Source of the DNA: a candidate division WOR-3 bacterium
GTDB lineage: Bacteria > Hydrothermota > Tepidihabitantia > SM23-42 > JAOAFX01
Reading direction: 5' to 3'
NCBI GenBank assembly: GCA_039802265.1
Contig: JBDRWI010000001.1
Location: forward strand, 10,921 to 74,920
Length of the DNA: 64,000 bases
The position numbers and the translations under genes were made by a program. Under the pieces are notes generated by a model. The model had not been told where the DNA came from, searched no databases, and saw only the letters and a program-made list of their open reading frames with translations. This document shows positions 9,746 to 18,913 of this stretch, in pieces. Numbering within the stretch: position 1 is the first letter of the stretch; each line of letters opens with the position of its first letter.

Positions 9746-9759
9746 AATCTTATATGTTC

Positions 9760-9801
9760 TAGATTGCCGCATCCTGACTTTTGCTCGGGTTCGCAATGAC
9801 A
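9760..9801. repeat. Degenerate REP-like palindrome (AGATTGC...GCAATGAC type)
   Basis: AGATTGCCGCATCCTGACTTTTGCTCGGGTTCGCAATGAC with paired ATTGC/GCAAT arms. Confidence 0.5.
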
Positions 9802-9818
9802 TTAATTTGCATCAGGTA

Positions 9819-9846
9819 TTGACAAACATAAATTTATGGATATAAT
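9819..9846 (+). promoter_or_regulatory. sigma70-type promoter
   Basis: TTGACA-16-TATAAT, then AGGAGG SD before GTG 9871. Confidence 0.75.
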
Positions 9847-9870
9847 TTGTTCTTAAAAGAAGGAGGAACT

Positions 9871-10917
9871 GTGAAAAATCACAAAATAGGGCCCATCTTA
9901 CTGCTTGGCTGTATAATACCATTTATTTTACATGGAGCAAAGGTAGGTGTTTTGCATCTGAAGGCGGTCGGTGTCGCAACTGAAACAGCCGAGGCAGTTG
10001 CTGGTCTGCTTGTAAGTGACCTAACAAACTATGGTCATCAGGTATTGAATCCGGAGGCAATTGATGCGACAGCTGGCGAAAGGGTAGAGTGTTACGAAAG
10101 TGGCTGTGCGGCTGAGGTTGGTTTTAAGGCAAAGGTAGAACGGATGATATTCGGCTCGGTTTCAAGATTGGGTGAGAAGTATATTGTTCAAGTTTCTGTG
10201 GTCAATGTTTCTACAAGGGAAGTTGTATGGTCAGGCAGCCTTGCCGCGAAATCCGCAGAAGACCTTGATACGGTTGTTAAGAGAATTGCCAAGGCGATTG
10301 CTGAGGGTAAAAAAGTAGAAGAGGGTGCTGAAGTTGGCGCAATAACAGAGCAGGAGGTAACTCAGGAGGTAAAGAGAAAGGAGACTTTCTATGCGACCGG
10401 TTTCAATTTTATTTATGGCTTACCTATAAGCGGTTATGCCGGTGCAAGCGGCCTTATGGGAGGAAGCCTGATAAATTGGTATGAAACCCCACATTTCGCA
10501 GTTGAAACGGGTTTATCTTATTTTTGGTCACTCAACGCCATGACTACGAGTGGCGTTACAACAGAACCGAGTGTCATTGATCAAGGCTTTAACCTCTCTT
10601 TCTTCTATCTATTCTCTAAAGAAGATTTTTCACCCTATGTGGGCGGTGGTCTGGGTCCGCGCTTTATCGAAATGAAGGCCGGCACTATGGATTACGGGAT
10701 GAATTTTGGTATGACATTCAATGCTGGTGGTGGTTTGGCTCTTTTACGGACCTATGATTTTCACATCCTGATAGACGGAAGAATTATATTAAATCTTGCG
10801 GAAATACCCCATTATGAGGGACCTCACAGTAGTTTCAATTTTAGCGCCGGCATTGTCTATAGACACCGTGGTAAAGGCGGCTGTGCTCGCGGTTGTGGAG
10901 GCGGTGGTTGTTTTTAG
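9871..10917 (+). CDS. Secreted/outer-membrane protein: CsgG/TolB_N-like domain + small beta-barrel, with Gly/Cys tail
   Basis: Signal peptide; ECYESGCAAEVG...IFGSVSRLGEKYIV; barrel-like strands FSPYVGGGLG and GMTFNAGGG; ends GGCARGCGGGGCF. Confidence 0.6.
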   Translation: MKNHKIGPILLLGCIIPFILHGAKVGVLHLKAVGVATETAEAVAGLLVSDLTNYGHQVLNPEAIDATAGERVECYESGCAAEVGFKAKVERMIFGSVSRLGEKYIVQVSVVNVSTREVVWSGSLAAKSAEDLDTVVKRIAKAIAEGKKVEEGAEVGAITEQEVTQEVKRKETFYATGFNFIYGLPISGYAGASGLMGGSLINWYETPHFAVETGLSYFWSLNAMTTSGVTTEPSVIDQGFNLSFFYLFSKEDFSPYVGGGLGPRFIEMKAGTMDYGMNFGMTFNAGGGLALLRTYDFHILIDGRIILNLAEIPHYEGPHSSFNFSAGIVYRHRGKGGCARGCGGGGCF

Positions 10918-10933
10918 AGGTATTTGGAATCCC

Positions 10934-10961
10934 AAAAGGACATACCGCTTTGTATCCTTTT
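10934..10961. terminator. Probable bidirectional terminator between convergent genes
   Basis: AAAAGGA...TCCTTTT inverted repeat. Confidence 0.45.
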
Positions 10962-11010
10962 TCATTTATCTACTAATTTTTTTTAGATTCCTTAAAGAAT
11001 CACTCAAATT

Positions 11011-11577
11011 CTAAATTAAACTCGTGTTATCTTCTTTTTTGCCAATCAACTTCTTTAATATGTATCCGGTCATTACTTTATTTAAATGGTCAAAACCGGC
11101 CGAGCCGGCGAGGTCGGTGGCTTTAATTTCGGTTATGTAGCATTCATCGGTGTCAATATTCTTCTTCTCCACCTTTATCGGGTATTCAGCATCAAATGTA
11201 ATCATAAACTCCTTTAAGGGCACATTGAATAGACCCTTTTCTGAATATTCAGAAATCAAACCCTCGATCTCTCGGCGATTGTGCGCGAGTCTTTCAATCT
11301 CTTTTTCAATCTCGGCACGGGCAGTGGTTATCTTGCCAAAAAGGAACTGCAATTCGACAGGACCTTTGATTTGTTTTAACCTCTCCGCTCCCTTCTTTAA
11401 TGCCCCCTCAAGAATTGTAATCGCCTTCTGAATCCTTTCCTGTGCCTCAATCAAGCAGGCAAGGTATGCCTCAACCACCTGAAAAGAAGGCATCTTTTCT
11501 AAATTATCATAGAACAACTGTCCAAATGGCTTACAGAAGGGCCCCTTTTCAGTATCTTCTATATCTTCAAAGGGCAT
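11011..11577 (-). CDS. Hypothetical protein with coiled-coil centre
   Basis: 188-aa ORF with AGGAGG SD, co-oriented with DUF1015/serA; no family recognised. Confidence 0.7.
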   Translation of the reverse strand: MPFEDIEDTEKGPFCKPFGQLFYDNLEKMPSFQVVEAYLACLIEAQERIQKAITILEGALKKGAERLKQIKGPVELQFLFGKITTARAEIEKEIERLAHNRREIEGLISEYSEKGLFNVPLKEFMITFDAEYPIKVEKKNIDTDECYITEIKATDLAGSAGFDHLNKVMTGYILKKLIGKKEDNTSLI

Positions 11578-11634
11578 ATCGCCTCCTACATGTATCTCTT
11601 TTTAAACGACTTCTACAATATTCTCTTTCTACCT

Positions 11635-12909
11635 TTAAACTAATCCCAGGTCATAGAATACAAGACCGGATATCAATTTGGGATAAAAGTCCGTTGACTT
11701 CTGGGGCATTCTTTCCTTTTGCATTGCGACATTTCGAACCTGCTCCGGTCTGGTTGGATTCATTAAAAAAGCAAACTGGAATTCTTTATTATCAACCCTC
11801 TTTATTGTTTCTTCTATTCCCCTTTGATATCTTATATATTCTTCAATCCTTTCTGGTTTTATACCAAGGGTATTCTCAATTAAGAGTGTATGGAGCACTG
11901 CAACATCTAAATTCTGATAATCTTTGCTTCTTTCCGGAAGTAGTTCCCCCATTATCTTTTCATCTTTCAACTTTAGCAGATAACTCCCCGAAATAGAATA
12001 AAATACAAAGGCCTGCGCCTTTTCTCTGGTAATCTCGGATTTTATACTTTCTTTTTCAATCTTTCTTATATCAAAGTATTTGCTGGCTTTCTTCAGAAAC
12101 GAATCAAGATTGAAATCCCTAAGGTTCATCACCAGTCTATGGGTTGGGAGTATAACCAATCCTGGATCCTGAATGTTTACAAGTGTCACCATTTTGTAAT
12201 TTGCCGGGTGGTTTTTATCTATTGCACCAAGTTCATTACGATAATTCAATGCGGTTTCATAACGGTGATGACCATCAGCAATTACCAGCACTGCCTCTTT
12301 TAAAACATTCTGGATATTCTTAATGGTATCTTTATCAGAGACCTGCCATAATTTGTGTGTAACATTACGGTCGTCCACCACATCAATAATTGGTTCTCTT
12401 TTGCATTTCTCTTCCAACATCTCCATAACTCGATTCCGGGGGTCGGTATATAGGAGAAAGACGGGTTCAAAATCCTTTTTGGTTATCCGGGTAAGATTCA
12501 ACCGGTCTTCTTTAGGCTTTGACAGGGTCTTTTCATGTGGCAGAATATTCCCCTTGCCCAACTCTTCCAGCCGCAAACAACAGATGAATCCCTTTCTTAT
12601 GTAATCCTTTCCTTCCAGAGAAAATTCCTGGAAATAAGGATACAAAGAATCCTCTTTATCCTGAATAAATACCTTCTCTTTAAGCCAATCTTCCACAAAT
12701 CTCTTGGCATCTTGGTATTCCTTATTGCGGTCGTGTCCATCCGCATAATGAGTCAAAACCAAATTGACATAATTATAGGGACTGCGTCTTTTGTATTCCT
12801 TCTCCATCTCATCGGTAATCTGGTCATAGGGCTGGGTAATAACATCCGCAAGATTTCTAATCTTCTTCAGATTATATCTAATCCCCTTAAATGGCTTGAC
12901 CTCAGGCAT
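11635..12909 (-). CDS. DUF1015 family protein
   Basis: PFKGIRY...PYD, ILPHEKT, IADGHHRYETA, ILPTHR, MPQKSTDFYPK. Confidence 0.92.
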   Translation of the reverse strand: MPEVKPFKGIRYNLKKIRNLADVITQPYDQITDEMEKEYKRRSPYNYVNLVLTHYADGHDRNKEYQDAKRFVEDWLKEKVFIQDKEDSLYPYFQEFSLEGKDYIRKGFICCLRLEELGKGNILPHEKTLSKPKEDRLNLTRITKKDFEPVFLLYTDPRNRVMEMLEEKCKREPIIDVVDDRNVTHKLWQVSDKDTIKNIQNVLKEAVLVIADGHHRYETALNYRNELGAIDKNHPANYKMVTLVNIQDPGLVILPTHRLVMNLRDFNLDSFLKKASKYFDIRKIEKESIKSEITREKAQAFVFYSISGSYLLKLKDEKIMGELLPERSKDYQNLDVAVLHTLLIENTLGIKPERIEEYIRYQRGIEETIKRVDNKEFQFAFLMNPTRPEQVRNVAMQKERMPQKSTDFYPKLISGLVFYDLGLV

Positions 12910-13073
12910 TTAACCTCCTTATATTAACAGAATCTAATCCTCGCTATTGCTCGGATAGATTTGGTTTGAAACAGGAGAATTCCTCAAAAACCCCAACCCC
13001 ATCCCTTTGCGCCTTCTTACAAAGGGAGAGGATAAGTTTGAGGATTTATGCAAAATTCCATCGGCCCTTGTGT

Positions 13074-13973
13074 CTAATTTTGCAAGGCGTCTCTTACTAA
13101 TTCTGCAATCTGAACTCCGGCACGCTGTTGTCCCTCTTCGGTCTGGGCACCGATATGGGGAGTAAGGATGACCTGTTCCAGACTGAAGAGCTTATGCTCC
13201 TTTGCCGGTTCCACCTCATAGACATCCAGACAGGCAACCTTTACCTTTCCCGAGACAATTGCATCATAAAGGGCATCTTCATCAATTACTCCACCACGAG
13301 CACAATTCACAATCACAACACCCGTCTTCATCTTCTCAAAGGCCTGCTTATTTAAAATATGAGTGGTCTCTTTTGTCTTGGGAATATGTAATGAGATGAA
13401 ATCTGATTCTTTTAGGAGTGTATCAAAGTCAACAAGTTTTGCATAATCAGATGATTTAACCAGCGGGTCATAGGCAATTACCTCCATTCCCAGTGCCTTT
13501 GCCCTTTTAGCAAGTTCAGTTCCAATTCTACCAATGCCAATAATTCCCAATGTCTTACCAAAAAGTTCAAAGCCATGGAATTTCTTCTTCTCCCATTTGC
13601 CCGCTTTGGTGGAAATGGTCGCCTGGGGTATCATTCTTGCCGCGGAAAGCATCATTCCCAGGGCAAGTTCAGCTACGGATATTGATGTTGCCGCTGGGGT
13701 ATTGACAACCTTTATTCCCCGTGACTTTGCCGCCTCCGCATCAACATTATCCAGACCAACCCCCGCCCTTCCAATCACCTTTAAATTCTTGCCTGCTTCA
13801 ATTACCTCTTTTGTAACCTTTGTTGCACTACGGACAATAATGGCATCAAAATCAGGAATTGTTTTAATCAACTCATCCGGTGCCATCCCGGTCTTCTCTA
13901 CCACCTCAAAACCGCTCTTTTTTAAGATTTCAATCCCCTCTCTGGCAATTGGGTCAGAAATTAAGACCTTCAT
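13074..13973 (-). CDS. serA: D-3-phosphoglycerate dehydrogenase (short form without ACT domain)
   Basis: VRSATKV, GRAGVGLDNVD, GIIGIGRIG, NCARGG, LTPHIGA; next to DUF1015. Confidence 0.85.
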   Translation of the reverse strand: MKVLISDPIAREGIEILKKSGFEVVEKTGMAPDELIKTIPDFDAIIVRSATKVTKEVIEAGKNLKVIGRAGVGLDNVDAEAAKSRGIKVVNTPAATSISVAELALGMMLSAARMIPQATISTKAGKWEKKKFHGFELFGKTLGIIGIGRIGTELAKRAKALGMEVIAYDPLVKSSDYAKLVDFDTLLKESDFISLHIPKTKETTHILNKQAFEKMKTGVVIVNCARGGVIDEDALYDAIVSGKVKVACLDVYEVEPAKEHKLFSLEQVILTPHIGAQTEEGQQRAGVQIAELVRDALQN

Positions 13974-14254
13974 AGCTTGCCTCCTTTATCTCTGTTCTTC
14001 AATTCATCTGACTGCCGTCTATGACCTTTTCACAGATTATAATCAATCCTGCGGAAAAATCAAGGGTGTTACAATATCCGTTCACAATCAAATCACCTTC
14101 TTGTCAATTTCAAAAATATCAAAAAGGGTGTCAAAAAATTTTACTTTTGAAAGATGCGTAAATCTGCTTTAAGATTGCATTTTGATGGACTGTGTGAATA
14201 ATTTTTAGATTAACTTCTCCAAAGACGCAATCTAAAAGTGCCTAATAGTCACAA

Positions 14255-16504
14255 TCAAGTAATTTTCTGCAACAATCTCCTTGCTTCCTCAGAATCTGGC
14301 ATTATCTTTAAAACCCTTTGCAGTATCCTTTTTGCATCGTTTTTATCTCCATGCTCAAGGCAAATTTTTGCAAAATTTATTGCCTCGGATTCAAAATGGT
14401 TTAAAATCATAAATCGGTAGTTTAGTGACCACTCATCAAAATTCTTCCTGAAGGGTTGACCACGAAATAACCGAAACGCCCGCCAGAAGTGTTCACGGGC
14501 AATTTCCCACTTCTCGCCGTTTAAGAATACCTTTGCACCCGCAAGCAATTGTTTAAATTCATCAATATCAGTTGCAAAATGAATCCCCTGATTTATTATA
14601 TAAGAATCGGCGCCAACGCGTGCCCAGTTAACCAAGTAGGTTGGGATTTTCAACGACTTCTTTATTCTGACTAAGAGATGTGATAGATTTTGTTTTGGTG
14701 TCTCACTTTTAGGCCAGAAATTTTGAAAAATGTCTACCAATGGCACCTTCTTGCCGGGACTATCGGCCTTTATTGCAAAATGAATCAAAAATGCTGTATC
14801 CTTGGGCGATAATTTCACCTTTAAATAATCATTTTTTCTATAAACCACTAAATCCCCAAGTATCCTCAGATTGTAGACCAAAATATTACGATTAAATACG
14901 GGCAGAGTAAACATTGACCGGGGTATTTTAGGATTTCTCCCGATTTCCATTTCACGGATGACCAAGTGAGAAAAAAAGGGCACGAGCAATAGAAAATCTG
15001 AGACCAAATATTTACGATGAGCGAGGGCAAGTGCTTTTTGATAATTACTACTTCTCAGTAGAGCAGCGATCTTTATCAACGGCATGTAATTCCCCTTGAT
15101 TATCTGATTCAATTTTTCTTTTGATTGTTTTGAAACAATTAATGTAATAATCTTTCCCCAGTGTCTTGACTTCTTTGATAGATGGTAGATGCCTTTTAGC
15201 ACACCCATACCCTCCTGTATCATGCCCAGTGAACTATAGGCACTTGCCATCACTAAATAAGCAGCTGATGCGATGTTAATCAATTCTTCTTTCTTTGCTG
15301 CTTTGAGGGATTCCAATGACAACGATATCGCCGCCTCCGGTTTGCCATTTATTAAAGAATAGACACCTTCAAAGAAAAGACGCATTGCCTCAGCACCCCA
15401 AACCTGAAATTCCGTTCTTTTGAAGATTGACATATCTTTAAGATAATCCCCTTTATGCCAACGAATAATAGTCAAAAAATTCATATATTTTGCCTTATTC
15501 TCTTCCGATGCCTGACTCAATGCCTGACAAAACAATCTTTCTGCGTGACGGTAATCCTGAACCCAGGTATAAAGTGTAGCAAGCATCGCAGGAAACTCAC
15601 TCGGCAGAAGCCTTCGGTATCTTATAATTCGCCCGCACTCTCTAATAATTTTCCATGCACCATTGTAATCCAGGGCGATCACCCGGGCAATACCCTCTCC
15701 AATTAGAATTACATATTTAAAAAGAGAAAGTATATTGGAAAAATAATTACCGCACGGCTTAAGAACTTTTTTGATTTTTTTGATTTTATCGTTGAACTCT
15801 TTCCATTTACCCGCATATGATAATGCCCCACCCAGCATAATTCCAGCTTTTAATGATGAAAAGTATAAATTATCTTCTATACATTCGCTGTAGAGAGATT
15901 CCATTTTATCGAGAAATTCAGACAGGGGAATCTTCTGGAATAACTGGAGATACTTCTCAATGCGTCTTTTTAGGTTCAGGTATTCATCGGGAATTTTGAT
16001 TAACAGTTCATTAGCCGGAAGCGCGGGGATGGAATTTAATAAATCGGCTGCCGCCGTTATATTGCCGGAATCAAAAAGCCTGATTGCCTGATGATACTTC
16101 ATTTTCGCCTCTTTATTCCAAGTTGTACACTGGGTAAGATTGGGATCGAGTGAATTCTTATCAAACCCGGCATAACCATATCTCTTCCAGATATTCCAGA
16201 TTCCTTTTAGAGAAATCTTTATTCCTGAGCTTCTTAAAATTTTTTGTGCCCGTCTTACGGTTAACGAAGGATTGTTTTCTTTCAAAAATGCAATCTTCTC
16301 TTCTGTTGCGCGCTCAATCCTATTCCAAGGTCTATTGTAGTTACTCAGAAGACCAAACTCTCCATGGATTCGGTATATCTTAAGCCACTTATAAACCGTG
16401 CGCGGATGAACATTCCATTTCACGGCGGTCTTGGCAATAGACATTCCATTGTTTAAATGATCCTGAACTGCTGAAAGACGGAAAGAAAATGGTCGGTCGC
16501 CCAT
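14255..16504 (-). CDS. Transcriptional regulator: transposase-like tandem HTH + TPR region + OmpR-type wHTH/BTAD (SARP)
   Basis: N-terminal SIAKTAVKWNVHPRTVYKWLKIYRIHGEFGL...ISLKGIWNIWKRYG; C-terminal LRILGDLVV...FWP...TDIDEF...LFRGQPF...DEW. Start moved to ATG 16504, downstream of the promoter. Confidence 0.75.
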   Translation of the reverse strand: MGDRPFSFRLSAVQDHLNNGMSIAKTAVKWNVHPRTVYKWLKIYRIHGEFGLLSNYNRPWNRIERATEEKIAFLKENNPSLTVRRAQKILRSSGIKISLKGIWNIWKRYGYAGFDKNSLDPNLTQCTTWNKEAKMKYHQAIRLFDSGNITAAADLLNSIPALPANELLIKIPDEYLNLKRRIEKYLQLFQKIPLSEFLDKMESLYSECIEDNLYFSSLKAGIMLGGALSYAGKWKEFNDKIKKIKKVLKPCGNYFSNILSLFKYVILIGEGIARVIALDYNGAWKIIRECGRIIRYRRLLPSEFPAMLATLYTWVQDYRHAERLFCQALSQASEENKAKYMNFLTIIRWHKGDYLKDMSIFKRTEFQVWGAEAMRLFFEGVYSLINGKPEAAISLSLESLKAAKKEELINIASAAYLVMASAYSSLGMIQEGMGVLKGIYHLSKKSRHWGKIITLIVSKQSKEKLNQIIKGNYMPLIKIAALLRSSNYQKALALAHRKYLVSDFLLLVPFFSHLVIREMEIGRNPKIPRSMFTLPVFNRNILVYNLRILGDLVVYRKNDYLKVKLSPKDTAFLIHFAIKADSPGKKVPLVDIFQNFWPKSETPKQNLSHLLVRIKKSLKIPTYLVNWARVGADSYIINQGIHFATDIDEFKQLLAGAKVFLNGEKWEIAREHFWRAFRLFRGQPFRKNFDEWSLNYRFMILNHFESEAINFAKICLEHGDKNDAKRILQRVLKIMPDSEEARRLLQKIT

Positions 16505-16514
16505 TTGTGGAAAC

Positions 16515-16542
16515 ATTGTATATAAAAATTTATCTGTGTCAA
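16515..16542 (-). promoter_or_regulatory. sigma70-type promoter of the HTH-TPR-BTAD regulator
   Basis: TTGACA-16-TACAAT. Confidence 0.65.
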
Positions 16543-16638
16543 GTAACCTTCCTGGTGAAATCGCATTTAACGAAAAATAATATACCATAATTTATCCGGC
16601 AGCAAAAATGTGACATCAGGCTAAATATTTTTCTATAA

Positions 16639-18177
16639 ATGAACCACCGAATTCCCATAATGCCAATAATCGTCCTATTCTTAGATACCTTGGGGTTTTC
16701 GCCACCAATCTGGCCAAACTGGAAGTATGATCGACAATTGACTGGAAGATGCCCATACATCGGACCGGAGCAGCCGGAAATTGATTGGGTCTTTGATACC
16801 CAGGATACATTTCGGTTCACTTCGGCCTCGGTAGTAATCAGTGGGGATAGTACAATATACTTCTGCAGTCCTGATAGTTTCCTCTTTGCGGTCAAACCCA
16901 ATGGTGTCTTGAAGTGGCGATTCAAAACCCGTGGGCGCCCTTATTTTCCAGCAATTGATGAGTCAGGTAGAATTTACTGCAGTGTTGCCGGCGATAGTAT
17001 CTATCTCTTGACACTGGATGATTCCATTACTTACGCGAAGTTTGTCTGGTCCTGGAGCATGCCTAATAATAATAATCTTGTCGCCCTTCCCCCAATTAAT
17101 ATTGGTGTAGATAAAACCACCTATATGTCCGCGGATTCTATGCGTGCCATTGATAGTGCCGGAAATATAAAATGGACATGTCACCGTGGGATGACCTCGG
17201 CTTATCCACCCGCCCTATCTCATGATGGTTCAAAATTATTTTATGAATGGTGTTATGACCAGTGGACAAACACGCTTGCCAGTCGTGATACGAGCGGCGC
17301 TTTAAACTGGTATCGGGTTATCGGCCCAGCTCCGATGTCCTTAGCCTGGGGGAGTCCGGCAATTGGTAGAGATAGTGCTATCTATTTTTCAACTGCTGAT
17401 GGTAGATTACTTGGATTGTGGCCAAACAATACTGATAAATGGGCACCCCAAAATAACCTGGGTGCCTTGAACTTTATGACGGTTTCTCTTGGAAGTAATG
17501 ATACCCTGTGGCTTATGAACTATGGGAAAAGGCCAACTTATCGTAAATTCTCTCCGGACAACGGTATAATTACCTTTATTGACTCAGTCACCACCCTGCC
17601 CAGTGTGTACAACTTTTTTAACTCTTATATAATTGATAGTCTGGGACAGGCATATATTGTTCTAAGGGATTCGCAAACCACTTCAAGTATCTTATACGCA
17701 TTCAACGCTGATGGCACTGTCAAGTGGTCCATACCTCTTACTGGTTCATCATTTACACCAAGGAGTTTTCCGGCAATCGGACCAAACCACAAAATATATG
17801 TGTGTGCAGGCACTAAATTATTTGCCATCAGAGATGGAAGCAATATTGCTGAGTCTAAAAAGGAAAGAAAAAAACCCTTCTTTTTTGATGTCTATCCCAA
17901 TCCCTTCACAAGGCATTGCGTGATCGAATTCCAAATCCCGAGCCGTCACTCAGATTGGCGGGTCAAGTCCCGGTCCGAAGTTTCTTTAATAATTTATGAT
18001 ATCTCTGGTAGGGTTGTGAAATCGTTTAATTCAACAATAAGCACCAAGAATCAAATATCAAAAATCCATTGGTTTGGTAATGACGATTCAGGTCGCAAAC
18101 TCCCACCCGGTGCATATTTCTTGGTTATTAAGACATTTGAATTTGTTGTAGAAAAAAAGGTCGTTAAGGCAAATTAG
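16639..18177 (+). CDS. Secreted PQQ-like beta-propeller protein with T9SS/FlgD-like C-terminal domain
   Basis: Repeats LFAVKPNGVLKW, PAIDESGRIY, SPAIGRDSAIY, LYAFNADGTVKW, PAIGPNHKIY; tail VYPNPF...IYDISGRVVK...WFGNDDSGRKLPPGAYF. Confidence 0.85.
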   Translation: MNHRIPIMPIIVLFLDTLGFSPPIWPNWKYDRQLTGRCPYIGPEQPEIDWVFDTQDTFRFTSASVVISGDSTIYFCSPDSFLFAVKPNGVLKWRFKTRGRPYFPAIDESGRIYCSVAGDSIYLLTLDDSITYAKFVWSWSMPNNNNLVALPPINIGVDKTTYMSADSMRAIDSAGNIKWTCHRGMTSAYPPALSHDGSKLFYEWCYDQWTNTLASRDTSGALNWYRVIGPAPMSLAWGSPAIGRDSAIYFSTADGRLLGLWPNNTDKWAPQNNLGALNFMTVSLGSNDTLWLMNYGKRPTYRKFSPDNGIITFIDSVTTLPSVYNFFNSYIIDSLGQAYIVLRDSQTTSSILYAFNADGTVKWSIPLTGSSFTPRSFPAIGPNHKIYVCAGTKLFAIRDGSNIAESKKERKKPFFFDVYPNPFTRHCVIEFQIPSRHSDWRVKSRSEVSLIIYDISGRVVKSFNSTISTKNQISKIHWFGNDDSGRKLPPGAYFLVIKTFEFVVEKKVVKAN

Positions 18178-18251
18178 TATTTACTTATTTTCAAGTTTTC
18201 TTCATTTTTGCCGGAATATATTATTGGATCTTAATTACCGCTTGACAAATA

Positions 18252-18905
18252 CTACAGTTCAAACTTGGAATTTTTATTCATTAGTGAAAATGGAACATTA
18301 CCCTTTATATATCTCTTGAACTTTCTCAGTGCCTTTGCCCGGTGGCTGATACGATTCTTTATTTTAAAGCCGAGCTCGGCAAAGGTTTTATTAAAACCTT
18401 TAGGAATGAATATCGGGTCGTAACCAAATCCATCCTTTCCTTTTGGTTCATATGCAATTCTTCCAATACACTCACCGGTAAAGACCTCATACCTTCCTGG
18501 CGCATAATAATATACGAAAACTACCTTGAATCTTGCCTGTCTGTTCTTTTTATTACCCAACTCGTTCAGAATTCTTTCAATCCGTTCCTGGTCGGTCTTA
18601 CCATACCTTGAAGAATAAATTCCCGGTGCTCCATTTAGTTTATCAATGAATAATCCAGAATCTTCAGCCAGACAGGGTTTCTTGATAATCTTATAAAAGA
18701 ATTGTGCCTTTAAAAGACTATTTTCCAAAAGTGTCCTTCCAGTTTCGGCAATTCTGAGCTTAAAGGAATCGCTCAGTGTGAGACATTTAAAATCCTTACC
18801 CAGAATAGCTTTTATCTCTTCAATTTTGTGTTTGTTTCGGGTGGCAAGGAGAACAGTAAAGGGGGGCTTGCGCTGACAAGCTCCCCCTTTATTTTTTGGT
18901 TGCAT
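18252..18905 (-). CDS. rdgB: Non-canonical purine NTP pyrophosphatase (HAM1 family)
   Basis: ATRNKHK, EDSGL, GAPGIYSSRY, GFGYDPIF, KNRISHR; first usable start is ATG 18905. Confidence 0.93.
   Translation of the reverse strand: MQPKNKGGACQRKPPFTVLLATRNKHKIEEIKAILGKDFKCLTLSDSFKLRIAETGRTLLENSLLKAQFFYKIIKKPCLAEDSGLFIDKLNGAPGIYSSRYGKTDQERIERILNELGNKKNRQARFKVVFVYYYAPGRYEVFTGECIGRIAYEPKGKDGFGYDPIFIPKGFNKTFAELGFKIKNRISHRAKALRKFKRYIKGNVPFSLMNKNSKFEL
18858..18890. terminator. Terminator-like hairpin downstream of the SPOR gene, inside the rdgB 5' coding region
   Basis: AAAGGGGGGCTTG-CGCTGA-CAAGCTCCCCCTTT. Confidence 0.6.
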
Positions 18906-18913
18906 AATAGAAT

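Noticed and set aside
14255..16504. Intact IS element
   Set aside because: Only the HTH region is transposase-like; no DDE domain, terminal inverted repeats or target duplication seen.
16505..16588. ORF-track N-terminal extension of the HTH-BTAD regulator
   Set aside because: It spans the gene's own TTGACA-16-TACAAT promoter.
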